From: an uncultured virus (IMG/VR IMGVR_UViG_3300021599_002397)
Taxonomy: Duplodnaviria > Heunggongvirae > Uroviricota > Caudoviricetes
DNA length: 64,000 bases
Virus record (IMG/VR): IMGVR_UViG_3300021599_002397
Reading direction: 5' to 3' (one strand)
Numbering within the stretch: position 1 is the first letter of the stretch; each line of letters opens with the position of its first letter. A program made the position numbers and the translations under genes. The notes below the pieces were generated by a model. The model was not told where the DNA came from. It saw nothing but the letters and a program-made list of their open reading frames with translations, and did not search any database. Positions 51,542-60,511 of this stretch are shown here, piece by piece.

Positions 51542-52214
51542 TTATACATGTCATGCTTCTTTCCTTACTAGTGGTAAATAATTCCATGTTTTTAATTGAT
51601 TTTTTTATAGGTTCTAAATCAGTATAGATGGAAAATAATTCATTATTTTCAACATAATTATTGATCATTGTTAATGTAGTATTAGACATATCACCTAAAA
51701 CGTCGTATCCACCAAAAGAACTGTGTACATCCTCTATAACATAATATCCTCCCTTTTTTATTAAAGGGAACATATGTTTAAAAGTTAATTGTTGATCTCT
51801 CATTAAATGCGATGCGTCATCTATTATGATATCAAACGAGATACCTTTTTTCTCCATCTCGGTGGTAAAAGATATTAAATCATTCTCCTTACCCTGATCG
51901 TATTTATATAGAGTTATTCTTCTTTTTAGATCTGTATCATTTTCCCATTCCTTATAGAATTTATCTGCATCCTTAAATACGTGTCCGTTACCCTGTAGCC
52001 CCTCAAATGTATCTAAACCGTGTATTTCTGCATTTTCAAAATAATCTCTCCACATTAAAATACTAGCACCGAAAAAAACGCCTATCTCTAGAACATCCTT
52101 TACACTGTCTCTTATTACATTAAATTTATCGTCATATGCCTGACAAAACCCGTGTGAAACCTTGTCTGTTCTATATACAGATCCTAAGGTTTGTAGTGAT
52201 ACTTTTTCTTTCAT
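51528..52214 (-). CDS. Class I SAM-dependent (sugar O-)methyltransferase
   Basis: TDK..H, VLEIGV, GLD, FDIIIDDASH, GGYYVIED. Confidence 0.88.
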   Translation of the reverse strand: MKEKVSLQTLGSVYRTDKVSHGFCQAYDDKFNVIRDSVKDVLEIGVFFGASILMWRDYFENAEIHGLDTFEGLQGNGHVFKDADKFYKEWENDTDLKRRITLYKYDQGKENDLISFTTEMEKKGISFDIIIDDASHLMRDQQLTFKHMFPLIKKGGYYVIEDVHSSFGGYDVLGDMSNTTLTMINNYVENNELFSIYTDLEPIKKSIKNMELFTTSKERSMTCIIEKK

Positions 52215-52225
52215 TTTTTTATTAT

Positions 52226-52912
52226 TTAATATTTAATCATTTCTTTCTTGCTAATTGGCCAACCTATTCCTTTATCAACTTCAGCTAGTTCCATTTTTTT
52301 AAAATTATTAGCAAATTCTTTTCTGCAATAAAAAAGATTAGTTCTTGGTGTAGAAGCTACTAAAAAATAACCCTTCTCTTCAGCAATTTTATTTAATGCC
52401 CCTGGAGTTGCCCCGTAGTAGCTATCGGAATTAAATCTGTGATTTTTATCATATTCTATAGTGTAGCTTTCTGTAGGATCTTTGGATGGATTATATTCTA
52501 TAACAACTACTTTAGGAGAATATTTTTTTAAAGATTTCCATATCCATAAATCGTTACCATCTACATCAATTGATAATAAATCTATATCAAGAGGTATATT
52601 AGTATTACTAAGTATATAATCTAAAGATTCACTCTCTTCACAAGACACATAAGAATTTATTAGCTCAACATCAGGATTATTTCCTAGATTATCTTTTAAA
52701 TTTTTAAAAGATTCAGCATCGCCTTCTATCAATACACCTTTCCATCCCTCTTCCCTAAGTTTTTTTGTATTAGGTATCCAGTTTCCATCGCCTGCGCCAA
52801 ATTCACAATACCATCCAGTATTTATGTTTAATGTCTCGAATATTTTTTGTATGATACCATCCTCTCCACTTTGACTATATATTTGAGCGCGATGCTTATT
52901 TAAATCAATCAT
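52226..52912 (-). CDS. FkbM-like methyltransferase
   Basis: YSQSGEDG, EFGAGDG, LLSIDVDGND, PKVVVIEYN. Confidence 0.85.
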   Translation of the reverse strand: MIDLNKHRAQIYSQSGEDGIIQKIFETLNINTGWYCEFGAGDGNWIPNTKKLREEGWKGVLIEGDAESFKNLKDNLGNNPDVELINSYVSCEESESLDYILSNTNIPLDIDLLSIDVDGNDLWIWKSLKKYSPKVVVIEYNPSKDPTESYTIEYDKNHRFNSDSYYGATPGALNKIAEEKGYFLVASTPRTNLFYCRKEFANNFKKMELAEVDKGIGWPISKKEMIKY

Positions 52913-52916
52913 TTTT

Positions 52917-53492
52917 TTATTTTTTAGGATAAAGAAATATACAGCCTCTCATAGCTCCAACAGCTTCTGTGTTGTATTCTTTTGTGTATCCTTTTGGTCC
53001 GTAAATATCCTCTATGTATTTTTCAATCCATTCCCAGTTATACACAATTCCCTGCTCTGTATATATGTCATAACCAAATTCTGGATGATCAGGGACCATA
53101 AAATCATGTATAGCAAGTATAGGTTTCTTACCAGATTCTTTTATAGCTACTAACTCATTAAGAACCGGATTAGTGTACCAGTGTGCATCTAGAAAAATTA
53201 TAGTCTTAGAATCATTTACTAAAGGTAAAACCTCTTTCAAAAAAACCGGACTGTCTTGCAAATGACTACTTATATTAGGATATGATCCTATTTTTTCCTT
53301 TGCTTTTTCGTAATATACCTCATTACACTCTACAGTGTAAACATTTACGAAGTTTTTTGCAAACCATTCTGTAGTTATACCATGATAAGTTCCAGTTTCG
53401 ATTACAGTATCTAGATTATATTTTTCTTTTATATCTAGAAATTTGGATTCCATATAGTAATCCTCGTTAAAAGCTCCTCCTGAATTTTGCAT
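52917..53492 (-). CDS. SAM-dependent methyltransferase-like protein
   Basis: IETGTYHG, VYTVE, DS, IFLDAH, IHD. Confidence 0.8.
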   Translation of the reverse strand: MQNSGGAFNEDYYMESKFLDIKEKYNLDTVIETGTYHGITTEWFAKNFVNVYTVECNEVYYEKAKEKIGSYPNISSHLQDSPVFLKEVLPLVNDSKTIIFLDAHWYTNPVLNELVAIKESGKKPILAIHDFMVPDHPEFGYDIYTEQGIVYNWEWIEKYIEDIYGPKGYTKEYNTEAVGAMRGCIFLYPKK

Positions 53493-53524
53493 TTTGTTTT
53501 TATTTATTTATTTATTTTTATTTA

Positions 53525-54247
53525 TTAATAACTATTTACGAAATCTATAATATTTTTAGGTATCTCTCCTTTTGTATAATCCTCAGATACCCCGAAATTT
53601 ATACTTAATCTGTTTTTAAAGATTTCCATTCCTGTATAAAAAGTTAGCTGATTTTTTAGATCGTTATTATCCTTCTTATGATATCCCCTTGTATAATGTA
53701 AATGATTAAATGTAATATCATTCGCTTCTATTACACTCCCCTCAAGATAAGAAACGCATGTTAAATCAGTATCACAAAACATATGCTCGTATTCGGGATA
53801 ATAAATATAATCTTTAGAATCTAGATATTCTCTAGAAAATATAGGCATAGTGATTAGATCCTTGCCCATTCCATCATTTGTTTTAATTATATAATATCCT
53901 CCTTTTGGACAAACATTAATTATTTCTGTGTCCCATCCATCAAAACAATCAGTATCGTCGGATATTATAAAAATTATATCCCCGTTTATGTAATCCTTCG
54001 CAGAATTTATAGCTTGTACTGTATTTTTATTATCATTTACTAATAGTCTTATTTTTATATCGTTTTCTGTTTTTGTATTATTTTTTATTATCTTTTTGTA
54101 TTTTTCTAAACAAGGATCGCTATTATCTATCGATATTATAAATTCAATATTGCTAGGATCACTAGAACAATTATACCACTTAAGTATGGTTTTAGCCATT
54201 CTTAAGGGTCTTTCTCTAGATGCAGAAATTAGATTTATCTTAGGCAT
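53525..54247 (-). CDS. Glycosyltransferase family 2-like
   Basis: ASRERP, IISID, SDD, YEHMFCDTD, HLHY. Confidence 0.75.
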   Translation of the reverse strand: MPKINLISASRERPLRMAKTILKWYNCSSDPSNIEFIISIDNSDPCLEKYKKIIKNNTKTENDIKIRLLVNDNKNTVQAINSAKDYINGDIIFIISDDTDCFDGWDTEIINVCPKGGYYIIKTNDGMGKDLITMPIFSREYLDSKDYIYYPEYEHMFCDTDLTCVSYLEGSVIEANDITFNHLHYTRGYHKKDNNDLKNQLTFYTGMEIFKNRLSINFGVSEDYTKGEIPKNIIDFVNSY

Positions 54248-55086
54248 TTATTTTCTATATTATTAAATAAGAAATCGTCAGCTGATTTTATAATACTAAC
54301 TTTATACAGATTATTTCTAACTGATCCTATCATACTATTATAAAGATCCGCATTTAGTACCGAAGGATCAAAACTATCATCCCATAGTATAATACCTCCC
54401 ATATCAAATGATTCACCTATTTTAGGATCTCCCCAATAAATAGGAACAGTACCGTTAGCAAAACAATCTGTTATTTTTTCTGTGTAGTAATTATCATAAG
54501 AAGCGTTCTCGAAAACAACAGAAAACATATAAGGAGCTAGAGATTCGTCTCTAGATCTCCACCAATCTCCTGAAGGACCTATTCCGCTTCCTGATCTAGG
54601 GCTTCCGTGTGCTCCTCCAAAAAGATCTATTTTTTCTTTGATTCTTGATGCTACATTTAATCTTAGCTTATGTCCAGTAGTCATGTCTTTAGAACTACAT
54701 ACCATAGAACAAATTTTACTCTTATTATGTAAAGAGTATTGTTCAGGTTTAGTCCAAGGAAGATTAGATCCTGGCGGATTAAATATAAAAAACGAAGGAT
54801 CTTTAGATATTATCTCAGAATCACAAGTAAATATGTTCTGAAAATAATTTTTAAGAACTACGTGATTATTTATTAAGTTCCTTTTTAAGTCAGGTAATAT
54901 CTCAGACGATTCACAAAACCATCCAAAATTTCCATTCTTTCCACCTTTATGATTTAATATATTATTGTCTATCCAAACATTTGCTATACCCTCGTTGTTA
55001 GACCATTCAAAAGTTTTAGGTTTTAAACTAGAGCAAGAAGAATATTCGGGCGGGAATGGCGCCCATGTTGCTTTTAATTTTTTCAT
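54235..55086 (-). CDS. GT10 alpha-1,3/4-fucosyltransferase-like
   Basis: YMFSVVFENASYDNYYTEKITDCFANGTVPIYWG matches the GT10 alpha-1,3-FucT motif. Confidence 0.85.
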   Translation of the reverse strand: MKKLKATWAPFPPEYSSCSSLKPKTFEWSNNEGIANVWIDNNILNHKGGKNGNFGWFCESSEILPDLKRNLINNHVVLKNYFQNIFTCDSEIISKDPSFFIFNPPGSNLPWTKPEQYSLHNKSKICSMVCSSKDMTTGHKLRLNVASRIKEKIDLFGGAHGSPRSGSGIGPSGDWWRSRDESLAPYMFSVVFENASYDNYYTEKITDCFANGTVPIYWGDPKIGESFDMGGIILWDDSFDPSVLNADLYNSMIGSVRNNLYKVSIIKSADDFLFNNIENKCLR

Positions 55087-55949
55087 ATTATATTAAAATC
55101 TTTATTAGTATAATTAAAAGGTCTTCTAGCATTTATCCTATTCATGTGTATATGGACCTGATTTTTTAAAGGAACTCTAGAGTTTACATTCTCTAAAATA
55201 TCTCCCTGATTATACTGATTATCAAATAGCCTTATTTTAATAGAATCCCTGTGTTTACCTATGACCTCATGTTTTAATGCGTCGTGATCTAGCTCACATT
55301 CTCCAGACTTTATTTTTTCTGTACAGTGATCATCCCACGATTCTATTAATTCCCTAGTATTTTTTGTATTTTTTAGTAAAAGAGGTGAAGCAAAAAAACC
55401 ATCTATACTTCCGTTATGAGAAACCAAACCTAAATCAAATTCAGAATCCACATCGGAGAAAAGCTTTAATTCTTTTTTTAAGTTGGTATCAGCGTCTATC
55501 CAAACTATATTTTTATCAAATTCTTCAATTACACTTTTTATAAAAGATGGTTTAAAGCAGCAATTTTGATGATAGCTACGATCCCTTGGGTATTGTCTTA
55601 TTAAATAATCATATCCAAATTCATCTAATTTTTTTACTAATCCTTCTATTTTAGAAGAATAAAAATCACTATCGATAGGATCGGATACAAAGGAAACAAA
55701 TATAGTATCCTTATCGTTTATATTTTTCCATTCCTTTATATGAGCTCTTTCTCTCGGGTTTTCTATTGGTCTAAATAAATTCATATCTAAAATAGTATTA
55801 TCTTCCGCCTCACTTTTTTTATCCTCTTTTTCTTTCTTTGCCTCCGGGTCACCACTAAAAATTCTAACAAGAGGATTAAATCCTCTGTTTATCAATTGTC
55901 TAGTTACTTTAACACCTTTCTTCATATTAAAAAATCTTTTAAAACACAT
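55083..55949 (-). CDS. Nucleotide-diphospho-sugar transferase-like (GT-A), paralog 1
   Basis: NCCFKPSFI...IVWIDAD...ASPL...DHDALK; start more likely at MKKGVK (5'-end uncertain). Confidence 0.7.
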   Translation of the reverse strand: MCFKRFFNMKKGVKVTRQLINRGFNPLVRIFSGDPEAKKEKEDKKSEAEDNTILDMNLFRPIENPRERAHIKEWKNINDKDTIFVSFVSDPIDSDFYSSKIEGLVKKLDEFGYDYLIRQYPRDRSYHQNCCFKPSFIKSVIEEFDKNIVWIDADTNLKKELKLFSDVDSEFDLGLVSHNGSIDGFFASPLLLKNTKNTRELIESWDDHCTEKIKSGECELDHDALKHEVIGKHRDSIKIRLFDNQYNQGDILENVNSRVPLKNQVHIHMNRINARRPFNYTNKDFNII

Positions 55950-56560
55950 GAATCGAATTCTTTGGTTCTTTTTATATTTTTTCTTAGTACATCTCTTGTA
56001 TAAACATTTTTATCTCTAACTCTAGATATACCATTACTTATAACCCTTCCGTCACTGAAATCTTCATTTATAAATCCTTCACTTCCCATAATATCTGCCC
56101 ATAATTTACCTTTAAATTTAGGAAGCACATCATATTTAAGAACATCATGATCAAAATCTACATCATTAGATTCTATCTTTTCTAGACATATACCCTTTAA
56201 AGATTCCAAAAATCTTAAAGATCTTTCATTATATTTTATACAAAGGGGGGATGCTTTGATACCTTGGAGATCCCCAGTATGACTAGCAAATAATATATCA
56301 GAGTCCCATTTTTTAAATACTTCATGATATTCAGATATATTAGTATCAACATCTATCCAAACTAGATCCCTCTTTAAAAGATTTAACTTATCGTATATAA
56401 AAGATGGCTTATGTAATGTATTTTTCCAGTATTCCCTATATCCTCCTGACCTTTCTATCTCTATTTCTATCCCCAGGGATTTACATTTATTATAAAGAGC
56501 TCTAGAGCAGTTTTCATAATAGATATCACCAGAATAGAAAGATATAAAAATAGGATTCAT
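55922..56560 (-). CDS. Nucleotide-diphospho-sugar transferase-like (GT-A), paralog 2
   Basis: NTLHKPSFI...LVWIDVD...ASPL...DHDVLK. Confidence 0.7.
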   Translation of the reverse strand: MNPIFISFYSGDIYYENCSRALYNKCKSLGIEIEIERSGGYREYWKNTLHKPSFIYDKLNLLKRDLVWIDVDTNISEYHEVFKKWDSDILFASHTGDLQGIKASPLCIKYNERSLRFLESLKGICLEKIESNDVDFDHDVLKYDVLPKFKGKLWADIMGSEGFINEDFSDGRVISNGISRVRDKNVYTRDVLRKNIKRTKEFDSCVLKDFLI

Positions 56561-57297
56561 TAATTGATATTCAACTTGTTAAATAATATATCGCACATAA
56601 TTTTATTATTTCCGTACGATCTTGGTAAATGACAATCTATATATTCATGTGCATTATAGTCGTTTTTAGGCCATATTACCTTATCTAATCTTCCTGCAGC
56701 ATATTTTTCTTCTATCCAGCCTCTTTCAAGATGCCTAATATAGTATCCAGATTTTTTCAAAGTCTGATTATAAAAAAACTTCTGATCAGTGCCACTTCGC
56801 AGATTCATTCTTTTTAATCTTAGAAGAAAATCTAAATGGTTTTCTTCATTTAAATCTAGCAGATCTGAAAAACTTTTTGGATCTCCCGCAAGATAACACA
56901 TTGGATATTGAGGATTGGTCCTATACCATCTATATTTAATGATATCTGAACTATAGGATATTAATCCAGTATCTCCTATGTACTCAGCGTGATTTATATA
57001 GTAATCTTTTGAGATAGGAAGCATATCCATATCGGATATGATGAATGGCTTATCCAGAATGTTTGCTGCCCAAAATCTAATACATTGTGCCTGTTGTGCA
57101 ATATCCCAATCATTCCTTGATTCTAAATAAAAAACCTTCCCGTGTTCATAAACCCAAGAAGGTGGTTCCACATTATCTATATAAAGAAGAACAGGTTCTA
57201 ATCCTATTAAATTCTTCCATGCTCTAGCTACATAAGGCCAAAAATCAAGGTATTCAGGATTTGAGTTAGAGCTAACTACTGCATATTCTAATTTCAT
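56560..57297 (-). CDS. Putative glycosyltransferase-like protein
   Basis: DxD motif ISDMDMLP, GTDQ, DCH; inside the glycan locus. Confidence 0.55.
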   Translation of the reverse strand: MKLEYAVVSSNSNPEYLDFWPYVARAWKNLIGLEPVLLYIDNVEPPSWVYEHGKVFYLESRNDWDIAQQAQCIRFWAANILDKPFIISDMDMLPISKDYYINHAEYIGDTGLISYSSDIIKYRWYRTNPQYPMCYLAGDPKSFSDLLDLNEENHLDFLLRLKRMNLRSGTDQKFFYNQTLKKSGYYIRHLERGWIEEKYAAGRLDKVIWPKNDYNAHEYIDCHLPRSYGNNKIMCDILFNKLNIN

Positions 57298-57921
57298 CTA
57301 TCTTCTTATTCTGAAATTAGGGTTTGAATTCATTTTACGATGAACGTTTCTAGATTCCTGATAATGTTCTATAACAGGAGATACACCAGGATACATCATC
57401 TTCATATGATCATAAATGAATGTGTATTCAGGTGGAAGATTATAATAATTCAGATCTGTCATTTCTCTTTGCGCCCTCTGCATATTTTTTTGCTCCCATG
57501 TTTCAGGTTTCATTCTTTCTGCCGGTGTTGCTTCGTTTAATTGTATCCATCTGTCTACAAATCTTTTTACCTTGTCATTATTTTTTAAGAATAGTGTACC
57601 TGACAATGCTTCATCAGCTCTCCATCTAAAGTCCTGAGTTCTATATGCTATGTCACAATCTAGGGATGAGATAAGTTCAGGATACTGTTTAAATTTAGCA
57701 TCTACGTCTACATAAAGAATATCCTGATTTCTAGATTCTAATATACTCTTGATAAAATATGCCTTATGATGTGTGTTTTTCTCCCATGATCCTAAATCGT
57801 TTATTGCTTCTATATAATGGGGGATTGAAAATTGATTTAAAGACTGCCTAAGACTTTCTGCTAGAACTTCGTAAGAGGTGCTTTCTGTGTAATATGCTAT
57901 AACTAAAAACTGGGGGCTCAT
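57298..57921 (-). CDS. Nucleotide-diphospho-sugar transferase-like (GT-A), paralog 3
   Basis: WEKNTHHKAYFI...LYVDVDA...SGTLF...EQ...LPPEY...IEHYQESR. Confidence 0.75.
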   Translation of the reverse strand: MSPQFLVIAYYTESTSYEVLAESLRQSLNQFSIPHYIEAINDLGSWEKNTHHKAYFIKSILESRNQDILYVDVDAKFKQYPELISSLDCDIAYRTQDFRWRADEALSGTLFLKNNDKVKRFVDRWIQLNEATPAERMKPETWEQKNMQRAQREMTDLNYYNLPPEYTFIYDHMKMMYPGVSPVIEHYQESRNVHRKMNSNPNFRIRR

Positions 57922-58075
57922 AGAATTAAGATAAGATAGTATTCATAACCTGGGATTTACAGAGTAAAAATTTTAGTCCCTGTATGCAGGATAGTTTCAG
58001 TATTTAAGAAATATTTTTTTATAATGGGATATTTTAATTGTTTTCTATATATAATAAAGAACATAAAATGATTTT

Positions 58076-58501
58076 ATGGCAGAAATGAAGCCTTATTGGT
58101 TTATAGAATCCCCTATAGATTTTGAATATAAGTATTACGTGCTTATGGCATATCTAATGAAGGTTAAAGGAAGCTTTGGTGAAAATGGATTTGAAAAAAA
58201 TTTCAAGCATCTATTGACGATTAAAAAAGATTTAGAGAGCTTTGTTAAAAATACAGAGCTTAGTCAAAAATCCAGAGCTAAAATGACCGAAGACGAGAAT
58301 GATAATTTTTATAATATATTAGATACAAATTTAGATTCTATAGGGGAGATAGAGGAGATTGCTAAGAATTCTATAAGCGTTATAGATAAATTCATAGAGG
58401 AGAATAGAGCAGACATATCCAATGAGATTGATATGGAAATCGGGACAGAGTTAAGTAAGGAAAAATCTATAGATATTATAATGACTCGATTTAAGCATTA
58501 G
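58076..58501 (+). CDS. Hypothetical protein
   Basis: 141 aa ORF with WF...PIDFEYKYYVLMAYL N-terminus; TATATATA upstream. Confidence 0.7.
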   Translation: MAEMKPYWFIESPIDFEYKYYVLMAYLMKVKGSFGENGFEKNFKHLLTIKKDLESFVKNTELSQKSRAKMTEDENDNFYNILDTNLDSIGEIEEIAKNSISVIDKFIEENRADISNEIDMEIGTELSKEKSIDIIMTRFKH

Positions 58502-59048
58502 CTTTTAAATCGTCCATCACAGATTTAGTTTCCTCTACTTCTTCATCTGTAAAATCGAATCTATCAAAAGGAAATTTATCTGCCTTAAAAAGATAAACTC
58601 TTTCTTCTCCAGCTTCGTCTTCTGTTACAACTTCTATTTTAGATCCGTGTCTGTTGATATAAAAATCTGCTCCTCTTCCGTTTTTAAGAATCTTGTTTCT
58701 TATAAAAAGAATAGCTCCTCCTGGCATTTTCGTTTCAGGCTCATATTCGCCAGCTTCTATAATTCTTTCTATCTCAGGGATAATCTTAATTATTTCAGAG
58801 AATGTCTTTTTAGCAAGATCATCTAATGATGAAATTTTCATTGTTGATGATATGAATTCGGTTATTTCTTTTTTAAGTTCTGGCTTTTCTATAAAAATAG
58901 ATTTTAAGTCATCAACGAATGATTTGCTATTATAGCCATTTTTTGGATCATTGGAAGAATACTTAAATGGTATATTATAAGTTTTATCCATATTTCCGGC
59001 AGCACTGCTTTCATTTACAAATTGGTTAAAATTAAATATCCTTCTCAT
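58491..59048 (-). CDS. Hypothetical protein with capsid-targeting-like N-terminus
   Basis: MRRIFNFNQFVNE start. Confidence 0.7.
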   Translation of the reverse strand: MRRIFNFNQFVNESSAAGNMDKTYNIPFKYSSNDPKNGYNSKSFVDDLKSIFIEKPELKKEITEFISSTMKISSLDDLAKKTFSEIIKIIPEIERIIEAGEYEPETKMPGGAILFIRNKILKNGRGADFYINRHGSKIEVVTEDEAGEERVYLFKADKFPFDRFDFTDEEVEETKSVMDDLKANA

Positions 59049-59473
59049 ATTCTATTCGTTATAAGTTTTTTTCTTTCCTCAAATGTCATAGGATTAGAGG
59101 ATATCATATCTTTTCCTATTTTAGATATACTTTCCTTATCAAATTTATCGAAAGATGGCTCGCCATCCTTAGAAGAAGATTCTGGTCTACATTCTAAAAA
59201 TCCCTCGAAATCTTTTAATTCTAAAAAAACCCCTTGGGAAGTTACACTCAGAAGATCGTCCTTAATTAATTTTATTCTTGACCATATAGGTTTTAATATA
59301 TTAGGCTCTCCTATTGTTTCTATTTCATATGACGATATTACCTCCACATAGAGATCTTTTTTTACCACATAAGAAGATCCACCTGCTTCTAATCCATATT
59401 TAGATTTAAAATCAGATGTAAAATTATCTATCTTGGATATTTTATTCATTTCTACATATATATCAGATTCCAT
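59045..59473 (-). CDS. Hypothetical protein (ATG start MESDIY... preferred over the TTG at 59509)
   Basis: Stop overlaps the next start (ATGA); ATG at 59473. Confidence 0.6.
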   Translation of the reverse strand: MESDIYVEMNKISKIDNFTSDFKSKYGLEAGGSSYVVKKDLYVEVISSYEIETIGEPNILKPIWSRIKLIKDDLLSVTSQGVFLELKDFEGFLECRPESSSKDGEPSFDKFDKESISKIGKDMISSNPMTFEERKKLITNRI

Positions 59474-59510
59474 AGGATAAAAAGATATATAGTATAAAAG
59501 TATTAACAAA

Positions 59511-60242
59511 ATGGTGATCAGAAGTTATTCACAATTTATATCGGAATCTAAATCTAACAGAGGAGGATATGATATTAGCCAATATACAGATGAAATGTAT
59601 ATGTTAGAAAGCGAATATTTAAGACTTCAATCAGAGGGTTTAAACGAGGAGGAAATTAACGAAAATATATTTACTTCATTTTTTAGCTCTTTAGGAGGTG
59701 GTTTTACTGACACGTTTAAAGATTATATAATAGATTGGGCAGCTCAAAAATTTGGTATCGATCCTTTCGATGAGAACGGACAGCCAACTTTTTTCTACCA
59801 AGTTATTAGAAACGTAATAGAGCAGGTACATTTTACTGATCTAGGAAAATATTTCGGGTCTGGATCATGTAAAAATTGGGCTACTGCTATTATAGAAGGT
59901 TTATCTGAAACATTACAAGAAAGAGGAATAGAATATTTATTACCTAGATTAGGTATGAAAATAGACATGACTGAAGGAATGGGAGGAACTATAGCAGCAG
60001 GATTAAGAGAGGCTTTAACAAACGCTATAAATAATACTTCTTTCATGAATAACATAGAGAAGATGATAAGCGATAAAATATGTGGATTTAAACTTGGAGA
60101 CGTTTTATCTGGTGGTAATGTTACAACTTCTGATAAACAGAAAATTCAAGGACAGATAGAAGCAGCTGGTGAAAAAAATCCAGATATATATACACAAGCA
60201 ATGAGATCTGGCTTATCCAGTGTTCTCCAATTTAATAAATAA
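59511..60242 (+). CDS. Hypothetical protein with capsid-targeting-like N-terminus (putative internal head protein)
   Basis: MVIRSYSQFISE start; LNE/INE sites; amphipathic helices. Confidence 0.7.
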   Translation: MVIRSYSQFISESKSNRGGYDISQYTDEMYMLESEYLRLQSEGLNEEEINENIFTSFFSSLGGGFTDTFKDYIIDWAAQKFGIDPFDENGQPTFFYQVIRNVIEQVHFTDLGKYFGSGSCKNWATAIIEGLSETLQERGIEYLLPRLGMKIDMTEGMGGTIAAGLREALTNAINNTSFMNNIEKMISDKICGFKLGDVLSGGNVTTSDKQKIQGQIEAAGEKNPDIYTQAMRSGLSSVLQFNK

Positions 60243-60247
60243 AAAGG

Positions 60248-60499
60248 ATGAATCAGAAAAACGTAAAAAAAAGAGAGATCCTAAGCTATAAGGATTTTAT
60301 GAAGGTCGTTAGCGATCCTTGGAATCCTGATAATCTTAGTAAGGAAGACAGAACAGGGTTACATAAAATATCACCCGAATCTGCATACGATTATGTGGGA
60401 TATAAAGATGCTATTTTTAATAAAACATCTAAAATAGATTACCCAGGATATGGCGCTACTGAATCAGGAAGTGCTGCTTCAATAGGAATAACTGAATAA
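60248..60499 (+). CDS. Small hypothetical protein
   Basis: 83 aa, ILSYKDF motif near N-terminus. Confidence 0.7.
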   Translation: MNQKNVKKREILSYKDFMKVVSDPWNPDNLSKEDRTGLHKISPESAYDYVGYKDAIFNKTSKIDYPGYGATESGSAASIGITE

Positions 60500-60511
60500 A
60501 AAACATAAAAA

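Noticed and set aside
10619..57629. Numerous short plus-strand ORFs (e.g. 17081-17506, 32044-32559, 35068-35889)
   Set aside because: They lie antisense within long minus-strand genes and have no recognisable motifs
45632..57921. Bacterial chromosomal O-antigen/capsule locus
   Set aside because: No wzx/wzy/wzm/wzt or initiating transferase; composition and gene packing are continuous with the phage genes
57922..58075. Possible ncRNA/tRNA in the largest intergenic gap
   Set aside because: Only weak imperfect stems (GGGATT/AGTCCC) and no cloverleaf; more simply a divergent promoter region
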